A stretch of 64,000 nt of DNA from an uncultured Rivularia sp. GTDB taxonomy: Bacteria; Cyanobacteriota; Cyanobacteriia; Cyanobacteriales; Nostocaceae. This document shows positions 9,227 to 19,929 of the stretch, piece by piece. The notes under the pieces are model-generated. The model ran no database searches. It was not told the origin of the DNA and was given only the letters and a program-made list of their open reading frames with translations. The stretch lies in the NCBI GenBank assembly GCA_963665115.1, contig OY762007.1, positions 7,424,001 through 7,488,000 on the forward strand, written 5' to 3'. The first letter of the stretch is position 1. The number at the start of each line of letters is the position of its first letter. The position numbers were made by a program, and so were the translations under genes.

Positions 9227-11258
9227 ATGATATTTGTAAAGTGGATGAAGCGCTCGTGCATTGGGCTTATCGGATTTATTTTATTCTTATCTCTTTCTGG
9301 CTTAACCAATTTTGCTAGAGATATCCCACCTCAATCTCCTCCACCGATAAATTCTCAGCAACAGCAGCCTACACCATCGCAACCACCTGTAACACCATCT
9401 GACTCCGCACCAGGTTTAAGTAAACCGCAAGAATTTACTGCATGGGTGGATAAATTTATGGATGATGAGATGTCAAAGTCTCATATTCCTGGGACAGTTA
9501 TTTCTATAGTTAAAGACGGTAAAGTATTTTTTACTAAAGGTTATGGCTATGCAAATGTAGAGAAAAAAATTCCGGTAGATGCGGATAAAACTTTATTTCG
9601 TGTTGCTTCTCTCTCCAAATTATTTACAGCAACAGCAGCAATGCAGCTATCTGAGGGAGGAAAATTGGATATAAAGAGTAATGCAAATCAATATTTGAAA
9701 AAATTTAAAATCAAAAATCCTTTTCCCCAACCCGTAACCGCAGCCCAAATGATGATGCATACCGATGGTACTACCAAACGACGCATCGGACTTGCCGCAG
9801 AAACACCCGAAAAAATGCTACCTTTGGGCGATTATTTAGCTAAGTATATGCCCGCAATTGAGTGGCAACCCGGTACGCTTTACAGTTATTCGAGTCATAG
9901 TACTGCTTTATTAGGTTATTTAGTAGAAACAATTTCTCAAACTCCTTTTGTTGAATACATTGACAAAAATATTTTGCAACCGCTGTCGATGCGCCACACT
10001 ACTTTTTTGCAACCCCCACCACCAGATTTAGCAGATAATTTAGCTACGGGATATCAGTATAAAAAAGGTAAATATCAAGCCGTTCCTTATCTGTATTTGA
10101 ATATTGCACCAGCAGCAGCGATAAGTACAACAGCTACAGATATGACTCACTTTATGAATGCATATTTGCAGTATGGGCGCTATCAAGATAAGCGCATTCT
10201 TAAAGAAAAAACCGCACGCGAAATGCTCACAAGACATTTCACCCATCATCCATTGTTACCAGGAAACTGGTTACAGTTTCCGCGAACGTTGGGTAAATAA
10301 TATTCGCACTTGGGGACATTTAGGAAGTTTGCGAGGATATTCAGCTTCTCTTACTTTAATGCCAGAAAAAAATATTGGTATTTTTATTGCTAATAACAGC
10401 TTTACTGGCTTGAGCAGTTCATTCCTAAACCAATTTTTTGACAGATATTTTCCAGTTACAAAACCACCTGTATACGCTAAAACTCTTCCTTTAAGTCAAG
10501 AGCAACTACAAAAATTTACAGGTAATTATCGCGATGTTGAATATCCCCGCAATACTTTTGCAAAAGTAACTGCGCCTTTCAAAGATATTAATATTAAAGA
10601 AGGCGATCGAGGTAACTTAATTATAGATACTCCAAAACTGTTTTTTGTAAACAAAATACCCGATAAAGAATTAATCCCAATTGATAAGCTGTTATTTAGA
10701 CGACCATCAGATAATGCTTTCACAGCCTTTGGTAAAGATAAAAATGGGCAAATAGAGCTTGCATTTAATCCGCTTTTTGCAAAAATAGGAGCTTATCAAA
10801 AAATTACTTGGTATGAAAGTATTTGGGTACAGCTTGGGATTGCAGCTTTCTGTACAATTGTGTTTTTGTCAGCATTTATTATGTACCCCATTGTTCCAAT
10901 TATTCGGAGTTTGCGGGGAAAATATGGTCAAATTGAACGTCAATTGAACGCTGCTTGGGTAATAGCTGGTTTGGTAGGTACTTTAAACTTGATATTTTTA
11001 ATTGGCTTGCCCTTATCTTTGTGGCTTATCGGTTTCTGGAAGTTAGTTTATGGTGTGCCAACAATAGTAGTTGCTTTATTTATACTTCCATTAATCACAA
11101 CTGTTTTGATTTTGGCATTATTGATCTTTTCTATAGTAATTTGGAAGTATAAATATTGGTCGATATTTGGACGATTGCATTATTCTTTAATTACTTTAGC
11201 TGCGTTAATATTCGTTCCCTTCCTAGCCTATTGGAATCTTTTAGGTTTTAATTTTTAA
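9227..11258 (+). CDS. Serine hydrolase, beta-lactamase class C/AmpC-like family, with C-terminal TM helices; split by a +1 frameshift at 10264-10266
   Basis: SxxK (ASLSK), YSYSS, HLGS; removing one A from GGAAACT restores LPGTGYSFRERW and joins ORFs 9227-10300 and 10158-11258. Confidence 0.88.
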
Positions 11259-11310
11259 TTTGTAGGGGAGGCAAATTGTGGTGTAGATTCTCTTCCCATA
11301 ATATTGCCGT

Positions 11311-11448
11311 TGTGTTACGGCTACAAAATAATTGGATAGCTTGAGTAATGATGAAAATGCCGTAACGCACCAGCAGCAATTTCTGCTTTACGACGCAATT
11401 TTGATTTTATTATTAATTATAAATACTCATGCGTCTAACACACCCGAC
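11311..11448. repeat. REP-like paired inverted repeats (GTGTTACGGC…GCCGTAACGCACC; ATGCGTCTAACACACCCGAC)
   Basis: Same arms recur at 11873-11925 and 63098-63165. Confidence 0.7.
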
Positions 11449-11518
11449 TAATATTAATCTATTCAGATTATCTTTTTAGTATAGAATTATAAATATCTAC
11501 GCTACAACTTAAATAATT

Positions 11519-11857
11519 ATGGACTTAAATAAAATTCCTCAACAAAGTAAAAAAGCCGCTGAAGATTTAGTAGATAATGTAAAAAAGAAAGGACAAGAAA
11601 TGGTAGATAATGTTTCTGAAGTAACTAAGAATAAAGCTGAAGATATTACTGAAGAAGCTATCGTTACAGCGGTTGATAAAGCAATTAATATAATTGAAAT
11701 TGCCAGCCAGAGAGTCAAAGAAAAACAAGTTACTGCTGAAAATGTCTCTTTAGAAGTCAATTTAAAAATTGTCGGCATAGCTGAAATTAAAATGCGGGCA
11801 CATATACCAACATCTTCAGACGAAGAAAGGGAAATTATTGACGTTGATGTATCTTAA
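11519..11857 (+). CDS. Small acidic hypothetical protein with amphipathic-helix N-terminus
   Basis: 112-aa ORF with ATG start and a duplicated VDNV motif. Confidence 0.7.
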   Translation: MDLNKIPQQSKKAAEDLVDNVKKKGQEMVDNVSEVTKNKAEDITEEAIVTAVDKAINIIEIASQRVKEKQVTAENVSLEVNLKIVGIAEIKMRAHIPTSSDEEREIIDVDVS

Positions 11858-11872
11858 TTAAACCTATAAAAT

Positions 11873-11925
11873 TAACGCATCTTGCGAAACTGGTGCGTTA
11901 TCTCAATGCGTCTAACGCACCCTAC
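11873..11925. repeat. REP-like hairpins (TAACGCA…TGCGTTA…TAACGCACCCTAC)
   Basis: GTAGGGTGCGTTA-type palindrome between convergent genes. Confidence 0.7.
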
Positions 11926-11936
11926 TAACTAACTTT

Positions 11937-12995
11937 TCAATTGCTACGAATAGTTATTCTACGATTATTCTTTGGTTTCCAATCATTCAATATATCTTTT
12001 ACCAAAAGTTCTCTCAACCAAACTTGAGAAACTACTACTAAAGGTAAAGCTAAAAATAAACCGAATAACCCGAAAAAGACGGCAAAAGCTACCTGCGATA
12101 ATAAGGTAATAGCTGGTAATAAAGACACTTCCCGCTTCATTACCAAAGGTGTCAGAATATTACTTTCAGTTTGCTGAATAATTATGTAAAGAACAACTAC
12201 AGCCAAAGCTTTCCAAGGTGCGACAGTCAAAGCCATCGCAGCAGGAGGAATTACGCTCAAAGTTGGTCCTAAATTAGGAATAAATGTTAAAAAACCTGCT
12301 AATACTGCATTTACAAAAGGTAAGGGAACTCCCGAAAAAAATAATCAGATAAAACTTAGCGTTGTTATTACCGTCATGTTAAATACAATGCCAATAAACC
12401 AACCTACTAAAGATTCTTCGCATTGCGAAAGAATTTCCGAGGCACGGGAACGATAAAACCTTGGAAATAACAATAAAAAAACCTGTCTGTAAGCCGAAGG
12501 ATTGGCTAAAAGCATGATGGTGACAACAATCACTAATAGTAAATTTAGTACAAAATCAAGGGAGTCGGAAAATACTTTGAAAAAGCCTCCAAACCAATTA
12601 GAATCTGAAGTGAGTAATCGTTGCCAAAAATTTTCTAAACTACCAATATCGGTAAGTATTTGTCCGGGAATTATATTTTGTAGCCAACTGTAACTATCTT
12701 TTATTTGCTCCAATCCTCGATTAAATAAATCATTTGACTGGGGTATTTTATCAATAACAGACGGTACAACGATTGCAGCAATTGCAACAAAACCTGCTAA
12801 TATCAAACAAACTGAGATAGCAACAGCAAACCCCCGCTTCATATGAAGACGAGACTGAATTATTTTTACCAACCTATTAATAACCGTCGCAAAAGCTACT
12901 GCTGTAAATCCCAACAGTAAAACTTGTCTTATCTGCCATAAAATATATAGAAAAACTGCAAATAACAGGAAGCTAATTAATTTCCCGAAGCGCAC
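11937..12995 (-). pseudogene. Second AI-2E family transporter interrupted by an in-frame TGA at 12345-12347 (true nonsense allele or base error)
   Basis: The two ORF pieces are in the same frame; reads LSFI*LFFSGVPLPFVNAVLAGFLTFIPNLGP, collinear with the paralog at 7853-8968. Confidence 0.75.
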
Positions 12996-13018
12996 GTTTA
13001 ACCTCCATTATTTATTTA

Positions 13019-13160
13019 CTGACATCTTGCACCATTGGATGGCGAGCATAAAAAAACCCGGTAATACTCGTAAAACCATGATGAGCTACATCAAGGCATG
13101 ATTATTTTCTGGTGAAATCAGCAAGAAACCGGGAATAGAGGCATTGGTGCAAGATGTGAA
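13019..13160. mobile_element. 142-bp MITE with terminal inverted repeats CTGACATCTTGCACCA / TGGTGCAAGATGTGAA
   Basis: 13-bp perfect core TIR, TTTA on both flanks, no ORF. Confidence 0.8.
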
Positions 13161-13244
13161 TTTACAAATTATGTTTCAATTCTGGGAATAGGAAATAGGT
13201 TTTTGCCAAAATATTTAGCATCCCTTTGTACTAAATAATCAAAA

Positions 13245-13802
13245 TTATTGATCCAACCACTCAAGTAATCCTAAAGAATTAACGCTACCTAAAAAATGAG
13301 CGCCAATAACAGTTACATCGGCAAGTATCAGAAGTAAATCGATCGAGCGTACTACCGTTTCTGGATTATAAACCGCTACTCCTTGAGGTTGAGCAAGAGT
13401 TTTTCCTAAAACTGCAATCGCTGCTACTTCAGATGCTAAAAATCCTAAGCCGATTCCAAGTAAACTAATAATCAAACCAACACGTAAAACCTGAATAACT
13501 TCTTCTTTTTTAGGATGTAAATTACTATCGGGTAGCTGCAAACGCTTGGCTAAACGTGTATAACGATAAGCCCAAAATATTCGGAAACCCACTGCAACAA
13601 CACCACATACTGCTAAAAATATTCCAAATCCGATAAAAGCACTATTAATATCGCTAAAATTACGGCTAAACATTACTAATAGCAACATAATTCCAGCAAC
13701 GACACCCAAAAGTAAATGAACCCAAAAGCTGATTCTACCCAGTAAACGAAAAGTTCCAGCAAATTCTCGTTTACTTGGTGATGAAGATGTTTTAGACTGC
13801 AT
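13245..13802 (-). CDS. DUF3611 family (TIC21/PIC1-like) membrane protein
   Basis: LGRISFWVHLLLG, WAYRYTRLAKRL, KTLAQPQG, AHFLG motifs; 4 TM. Confidence 0.8.
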   Translation of the reverse strand: MQSKTSSSPSKREFAGTFRLLGRISFWVHLLLGVVAGIMLLLVMFSRNFSDINSAFIGFGIFLAVCGVVAVGFRIFWAYRYTRLAKRLQLPDSNLHPKKEEVIQVLRVGLIISLLGIGLGFLASEVAAIAVLGKTLAQPQGVAVYNPETVVRSIDLLLILADVTVIGAHFLGSVNSLGLLEWLDQ

Positions 13803-13913
13803 TGATGTTTTCTCCTTGATGATTTTTATAGAAATAAATGTAATCGCAGAATTTTCTGTGAAATAAAAAATTAGATGTATTATCAGTTTATCTTTTGCTA
13901 TCTATAAAATTCT

Positions 13914-13929
13914 TCTTTCAAAAGGTAGA
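13914..13929. promoter_or_regulatory. 16-bp palindromic motif TCTNNCTNNAGNNAGA (1 mismatch)
   Basis: TCTTTCAAAAGGTAGA, about 110 bp upstream of the DUF3611 gene. Confidence 0.45.
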
Positions 13930-13965
13930 TAGCCTTCTCTGTCTCATGTAAAATATTTATGCGAA

Positions 13966-13998
13966 ATAGGGGCTTTCATATTACATGAAAACCCCTAT
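13966..13998 (-). terminator. Stem-loop downstream of the lipoprotein gene
   Basis: ATAGGGGCTTTCAT-ATTAC-ATGAAAACCCCTAT. Confidence 0.6.
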
Positions 13999-14040
13999 CT
14001 TTAGCAATCTATTTAATCCCCGCGATGTGTAAACATCAAC

Positions 14041-14848
14041 TTATTTTTCGAGAGAGTTAGGCAATGCAGAAGGATAAATAGTTTTAACGACTAATACGGG
14101 CTTCTCTTTATAGTCTGTTTCTAACTTAGTTTTAATTCCAGCATCCCAACTAAATCCGTATTCTTTCTCTAAATCAGCAACTACAAACTTTTCTAAAGTA
14201 CCTGTAGCAACAACAGTTTCACCCGCTTTAACATTTTTCTTGTATGGAAACCACATCTTTATTATTTGGTACCAAAACTAATAAATCATCAGCACCGATT
14301 AATTTATCATCAAGAGTGAATACATCTTCGCCAGTTACATCTTCAATTTTACCCGGCACTGCAATCACTTTATCGTAATATTCATCAGGGCTTGATGTAA
14401 TTTGACCTGGTTTTGGCGCTAATGCAATCGACTGAGCAACGATTGCTGCTTTACCTTCAAACTTTTCGTACTCTTTGGAGTCAAGGTTCAACTTATAATC
14501 TTTGTTAAAATTATCAGTGCCGTACTTTTTCACTTCACCCGTGATTTGCAATTCTACATCTTCAGGAAGTGGTTGAGTATCTCCGGTTGCATTCACAACT
14601 AGAATAGTATCCCCACCAAAAAAGTCATCATCGGTAACAGCAAATGTGCTGTCGCTAATCTTATTTATAGCGTTGCTTCTAATAGTTACGCTTTGCCCTA
14701 TCAGTTTATTGGTTTTATCCGCAACTTCTTCAGCTGTAACGTTTTCTTGTTCTTGTTGTGTTGTGTTATCTGCTGTCTCCGCACAAGCAGGAAGAATCAT
14801 CGCAGTCAAAGCTAAAGCTAAAGCTTTTGAACGAAATCTGTTAATCAT
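14041..14848 (-). CDS. Hypothetical lipoprotein with two internally repeated OB-fold-like domains; split by a +1 frameshift near 14234-14250
   Basis: Lipobox LPA-C; the domain-1 pattern (ITGEVKK…AAIVAQSI) repeats across the two ORF pieces (ATGTLEK…PVLVVKTI). Confidence 0.78.
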
Positions 14849-15094
14849 GAAAATTTTCCTCTCAATGTTTTTATTTAATGATTGCAGTTATCAGTTAAGG
14901 CTGAAATGCATTACCTAAAATGGGGGTTAGCGATTATTCTTTAAAATTTTCCTATCCTCCTCACACTGCTATCGTTAATTATTTATAGATTTGCAGCTAT
15001 ATAAAAATTACTATCTTATTTTAGGTCGGCAATGTTTCGCAACATTTCAGACATTTAACTCTGTCAAGAATAAAACATAAGAGCTTAATTGGCT

Positions 15095-15110
15095 TCTATC
15101 TTAAGAAAGA
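15095..15110. promoter_or_regulatory. 16-bp palindromic motif TCTNNCTNNAGNNAGA (exact)
   Basis: TCTATCTTAAGAAAGA upstream of the lipoprotein gene. Confidence 0.5.
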
Positions 15111-15382
15111 GGCAAAACGCGGAGATAATATTGGTATTTAGAAAATAATTTTATTCTTTAATTTTAATTTCATATAAATCCTGAAAAACTCAATTTAACA
15201 AAAACTTAACCAAGAATTATTCTTTAGAGCACTGCTAATGCATATTTGTCAAGGATACAAATAAATAATTTTAACCACGTCTTTAGATAGATTATAAAGT
15301 TATATATTTTTGTATATTTACCTTTTTCAACTTTGAAAGTATTTTATAGGGTACTTCATCGCTTCAACTCAACTCTCAACTC

Positions 15383-18300
15383 CTACCTTTTAATCCTTCC
15401 CAAAGTATTCAATAAGTCACCTGCGCTAAAAGGTTTAGTAAGAAATGCTTGAATACTGTTGTTGCTCAATTGTGTTAAAGCCTCATTAGAAACTAATCCA
15501 CTCATTGCAATAATTTTTACTTGTGGATTTATTTGTTGTATGGTGCGGATGGCTGTTGCTCCATCCATTGATGGCATCATTATATCTATTAAAACGATAT
15601 TAATTTCCTTTTTGTGCTGCACGTAAACTGCAATTGCTTCAATACCATCTCTAGCTATCATGACGCGATAATTATAGGTTTCAAGCGTGGTTTTGATAAT
15701 TTCACAAATTGCTACTTCATCATCTACGATTAAAATTAACTCTTCATTTCCTATAGGTAGCTGTTCCCGTTCCGAAATCGAGGAAACTTCTCCTTCTATA
15801 CTTGGCAAATAAACTTTAAATTGACTACCTTTTGTGATTTGGCTCGATACTTCAATAAAACCACCGTGATTTTTGACAATACCTAATACCGTCGATAAGC
15901 CCAACCCCGTGCCTTTTCCTACTTCTTTAGTAGTAAAAAATGGGTCAAAAATTCTATCTATAATTCGTGCAGAAATACCAATTCCACTATCAGTAATAGT
16001 AACTACAATATAGTGACCAACTTTTGCCTCAATGTTCATTTTGGCGTAACTTTCATCGATAAACTTATTTTCAGCTTCAATGCTTAAAATTCCTCCGTCG
16101 GGCATTGCATCGCGGGCATTCACTACTAAATTCATAAATACCTGATGCAGTTGAGTAGCATCTGCTGAAACTGTCCATAAGTCTCTGGGTAAATCTCTTT
16201 CAATTGTGATGCTTTTAGGAAATGTACCTTTAGCAAACTGCTCAATATCTTTCAAAAGATGCTTGACTTGCAGCACCGTGCGCTTACCTTCGTTGCCACG
16301 AGCAAACGAAAGAACTTGTTTCACTAAATTAGCGCCTCGTTTGGCAGTAGCTTCGAGCATTACCAACATTTCACTCGAAGTCTTATCAACATCACCAAGT
16401 TTGAGCGGCAACAATTGCGATATTGCCAATATTGGTGTGAGCATATTATTTAAATCATGAGCGATGCCGCTTGCTAATGTACCCAGGCTTTCCAGACGTT
16501 GAGCGCGGAGAAACTGACTTTCAAGCTGTTTTTTCTCGGTGATGTCGGTATCTACTGTCAAAATTGATTTGGGGTTTCCGGCTTCGTCGCGTACCAAAGT
16601 CCAGCGACTGGCTACAGTAATATCTCTACCCTGCTTAGTAACTTTTTCTAGCTCACCCTGCCACGCACCATTCTGCGTAACTTGTTGCATTGCTTCCGCC
16701 AACTCTGGAGTGAATTCCTTGAATAAAATCTTGTTAGCAGGCTTACCTAAAAATTCTTCTGCCGTCCAACCATACATATTTTCTGCACTTTGATTGCAGT
16801 ATAAAATTATTCCTGATAAATCCCTTAACAAAATTGCATCTGTAGCGACATCGAGCAAAACTGCCTGTTCGGCAATTTTCTTTTCTGCTTGTTTACGCTC
16901 GGTTATATCTATACAAGAGCCAATATAGCCTTCAAAATTTCCATCTGAATTAAATCTAGGAGTGCCCTTATCCAAAATCCAGCGATATTTGCCATTCCGA
17001 TTCTGCAAACGGTATTCCATCGAAAATGCTTGACGGGCATCGAAAGCATTAACGTAAATTTCAACACATCTATCTCGATCGTCTGGATGAACTCCTTCAG
17101 CCCAACCATTACCGATTTCTTCCTCTAAACTTCTTCCAGTAAATTCCAACCACACCGCATTAAAATAATTGCAAAGCTTGTCGCATCCAGCCATCCAAAT
17201 CAGCACCGGGGCTGTATCTGCCATATTGCGAAATCTTGCTTCACTTTCCCGCAACGCTGACTCCGCCTGCTTATATTTGCTGATATCTTTAGAAATTCCG
17301 TAAAAACGGACAATTTTATTGTTAAAATCCCGTTCTATTTTTCCACAAGAAAATGCATAACCAATCGAACCATCGGAGCGTATAAATCTAAATTCCGTCT
17401 CGTAGGGAATACCTTTTTCTATCGCATTTAGAGTCAGCCGATTTACTCGCTCTCTATCTTCTGGATGAATCAGCTGAGTGATAGTTTCAATATTAGGCGT
17501 AGAATTATCATTGTCGCGATTAGCAAACTGATAAAATTGTTTTGACCACCAAGCTTCATCTGTAGTCAAATCCCAAGACCAACTACCGATTTTAGCAATT
17601 CTCTGCGCTTCTTGCAGCAAAGCTTCAGTTTGACGTAACTTCTCTTCAGCTTGCTTGCGTTGAGTAATATCTCGAACCACAGCCAGCAAACCAATTTTTT
17701 CGCCGCTATTATTATTTAAATAACTAACTGATAGCTCAACATAAATTACTTCACCATTCTTTTTAAGATGAATATTTTCTCCCTGCCACCAACCATTTTT
17801 CGATAAACTTTCTTTCGCAACCTCTCGATCATCTGGATTGGGCCAGCGATATTCATATACTTCTGCTAAACTACGTCCAACAAACTCCGCAGCCTTAATA
17901 TTGTATTGCTGCTCGGCTCGTTTGTTTAAATAAATAATTTTATGTTCGTTATCGATCGCAATAACTGCATCGCTAACGTGAGCTAAAATATTTGCATCAA
18001 ATTTAATTTGAGTTTCTGCTGCCGAAATACTATTAATTTCTTGTTTGCAGTCAGAATTAGTATTTTTTAACTTGTTAATAATACCATCATCTTCATTCAC
18101 AAAAAATAGCAACAAACTTTTCTCTTCGATAATTCCCTGCAAATTACCATTATCATCCACTACTGGTAAATGGGAAATTCCATGCTGATGCATTACCTGT
18201 AAAGCTGTAAAAACATCTTGATTTGACGATTTCTTCAAGCTGATTACTTCTCGTTTCATCACGTCAGCTACTTTCACAGACGATATTTTACCAGAAGCAG

Positions 18301-18514
18301 CAAGTCTCAGAGCATCAGCCTGAGTCAAGATTCCTACCAAACGACAGTCTTCAGTTACTAAAACACAATTTGCTTTTTCATCCGAGGCATAACTTATATT
18401 CAGCATTAAAGTAATTGCATCATTTACCAAAGTATCGGGTGTTACTGTCAAACAATAAGTTTCAATAACCCGATTTAAAGCAAATAAATCATTTGAATTG
18501 GTAATAGATGACAT
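15383..18514 (-). CDS. Hybrid sensor histidine kinase: CBS pair, four PAS, HisKA, HATPase, REC
   Basis: LVGILT/HLPVVDD CBS motifs, PAS-PAC ends (RDITQRK, IHPEDRE, VHPDDRD, DITEKK), H-box GIAHDLNN, GTGLGL, DIMMPSMDG. Confidence 0.95.
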   Translation of the reverse strand: MSSITNSNDLFALNRVIETYCLTVTPDTLVNDAITLMLNISYASDEKANCVLVTEDCRLVGILTQADALRLAASGKISSVKVADVMKREVISLKKSSNQDVFTALQVMHQHGISHLPVVDDNGNLQGIIEEKSLLLFFVNEDDGIINKLKNTNSDCKQEINSISAAETQIKFDANILAHVSDAVIAIDNEHKIIYLNKRAEQQYNIKAAEFVGRSLAEVYEYRWPNPDDREVAKESLSKNGWWQGENIHLKKNGEVIYVELSVSYLNNNSGEKIGLLAVVRDITQRKQAEEKLRQTEALLQEAQRIAKIGSWSWDLTTDEAWWSKQFYQFANRDNDNSTPNIETITQLIHPEDRERVNRLTLNAIEKGIPYETEFRFIRSDGSIGYAFSCGKIERDFNNKIVRFYGISKDISKYKQAESALRESEARFRNMADTAPVLIWMAGCDKLCNYFNAVWLEFTGRSLEEEIGNGWAEGVHPDDRDRCVEIYVNAFDARQAFSMEYRLQNRNGKYRWILDKGTPRFNSDGNFEGYIGSCIDITERKQAEKKIAEQAVLLDVATDAILLRDLSGIILYCNQSAENMYGWTAEEFLGKPANKILFKEFTPELAEAMQQVTQNGAWQGELEKVTKQGRDITVASRWTLVRDEAGNPKSILTVDTDITEKKQLESQFLRAQRLESLGTLASGIAHDLNNMLTPILAISQLLPLKLGDVDKTSSEMLVMLEATAKRGANLVKQVLSFARGNEGKRTVLQVKHLLKDIEQFAKGTFPKSITIERDLPRDLWTVSADATQLHQVFMNLVVNARDAMPDGGILSIEAENKFIDESYAKMNIEAKVGHYIVVTITDSGIGISARIIDRIFDPFFTTKEVGKGTGLGLSTVLGIVKNHGGFIEVSSQITKGSQFKVYLPSIEGEVSSISEREQLPIGNEELILIVDDEVAICEIIKTTLETYNYRVMIARDGIEAIAVYVQHKKEINIVLIDIMMPSMDGATAIRTIQQINPQVKIIAMSGLVSNEALTQLSNNSIQAFLTKPFSAGDLLNTLGRIKR

Positions 18515-18660
18515 AGTAAAGAAATATTACTAATTAATACAGGTAATTAAAGTGGCTAATTTCATACAAATTGTGCGAAAAATAACCAATTGGGATAAAA
18601 GTATCTTAAAAAAATAAGTCACATTAATATTGTAGCGATTTTCAATAAATGAACAATTAA

Positions 18661-18694
18661 CTGTAGGGAAACGATATAAAAAGTCTCTCTACAG
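18661..18694. repeat. Degenerate GTAG…CTAC REP-like hairpin
   Basis: CTGTAGGGAAAC…GTCTCTCTACAG; relatives at 55149-55174 and 57940-57971. Confidence 0.55.
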
Positions 18695-18717
18695 TTAATC
18701 TCTACGATCTATATTAT

Positions 18718-19251
18718 TCAAACTTTACCTACAATTTCTACCTTTAGTGTTTGAGGTTCTTTCTCAGCGTCCAGAATTATGCCTTGTACTGTAAACACCG
18801 AACAGTGGGCATGGTGAAGTACATAATTACTAACACTACCCATTAAAAATTCGCTTATTCCCCGACGACCCCGACGACCAATTACAATTACATCAGCCTC
18901 CCAATTTCGAGCTATATCGCAAATCATTCGAGATGGTTCGCCAATATTTTGAGAAAATTCCGTTTTAACTCCTAATTTCGTAGCTTGTTCGCACAGCTTA
19001 CGCAACCAATTGTATCTATTTTCTTTCAGATTGTTCCAATCATTCGCATATTTACTATTATTTCCTTGCAATTGTGGATAAACAATAGTGGGCTGTAAAA
19101 ACAAAGGATCGATGTACTGCTCATCGAGGGGAGATAAAACGTGTAAAAGCATTAAGTTTCCATCAGTTGCTTTTGCTAAAGATACAGCTTCATCAAATAC
19201 CCGCTGGCTCGATGATGAATTATCGATCGCGACAAGAATTCTATTCAACAT
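18718..19251 (-). CDS. Universal stress protein (USP)
   Basis: ILVAID, ADVIVIGRRG…GSVSNYVLHHAHCSV. Confidence 0.93.
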   Translation of the reverse strand: MLNRILVAIDNSSSSQRVFDEAVSLAKATDGNLMLLHVLSPLDEQYIDPLFLQPTIVYPQLQGNNSKYANDWNNLKENRYNWLRKLCEQATKLGVKTEFSQNIGEPSRMICDIARNWEADVIVIGRRGRRGISEFLMGSVSNYVLHHAHCSVFTVQGIILDAEKEPQTLKVEIVGKV

Positions 19252-19306
19252 ATAGATTACCCACTTAACTACTAACCGCCTTGTCTATTACCTTATAGAC
19301 AAAAAG

Positions 19307-19365
19307 TATGAGGATTTTGTGAGTATTAAGTTTTATTTAGCTAAAAACCTCACAAGTTACTCACA
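19307..19365. promoter_or_regulatory. Two inverted copies of an 11-bp-period direct repeat T(A/G)TGAG-N5-TGTGAG
   Basis: TATGAGGATTTTGTGAG (19307-19323) and reverse complement TGTGAGTAACTTGTGAG (19349-19365), in a divergent promoter region. Confidence 0.5.
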
Positions 19366-19472
19366 TTTATTTTCTATTCTGAAAGCATTAAATTTACATC
19401 TGCTTTTTTAGTAAAAACTTTTTATCCGACTTTCGATAATTGCAAATAATTAATAGAGGTTAAAAAACCATC

Positions 19473-19712
19473 ATGAACTACTGCCCTTGTTGTAAAGACA
19501 CACTCTTATGTCACATTAGCCACAATCATATTTACTGGTTTTGCCCAAGTTGTTGGCAAGAAATGCCTGTATGCGATTTAGCAGCTTCTCATTCATTGAC
19601 AGAAGCAATATCGGGAAAACTATCTACAATGCATCAAAAAATTGAAAAATCAAGTTTAAACTCTCGCGTTCCTAGTATTAATTCTTCCCAACTTGCTATT
19701 ACCCATGTTTAA
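19473..19712 (+). CDS. Small zinc-ribbon protein
   Basis: CPCC…YWFCPSCWQEMP; AGAGG RBS. Confidence 0.8.
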   Translation: MNYCPCCKDTLLCHISHNHIYWFCPSCWQEMPVCDLAASHSLTEAISGKLSTMHQKIEKSSLNSRVPSINSSQLAITHV

Positions 19713-19929
19713 TAGTTAAAGTAAAGTTACATTCAAAAATTATTCAGTTTTACGATTAGCCACTCCTTCATCTTTTAGGGCGTGGCTTATATTTTAAATT
19801 TGAATAAATCTAAATAATAATTGACATTTGTTAAGTAAAGCAAAGCATAATTTATTTTATATTCTAAGATTAAAATTAAGTCATTTAATATAAATTCTTT
19901 CCCACTTTGATGCAAAAATAGCTATAGGG

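Noticed and set aside
12345..12347. Selenocysteine or programmed read-through at the in-frame TGA
   Set aside because: The position is a small non-Cys residue in a TM helix of the paralog, and I saw no SECIS-like hairpin after it
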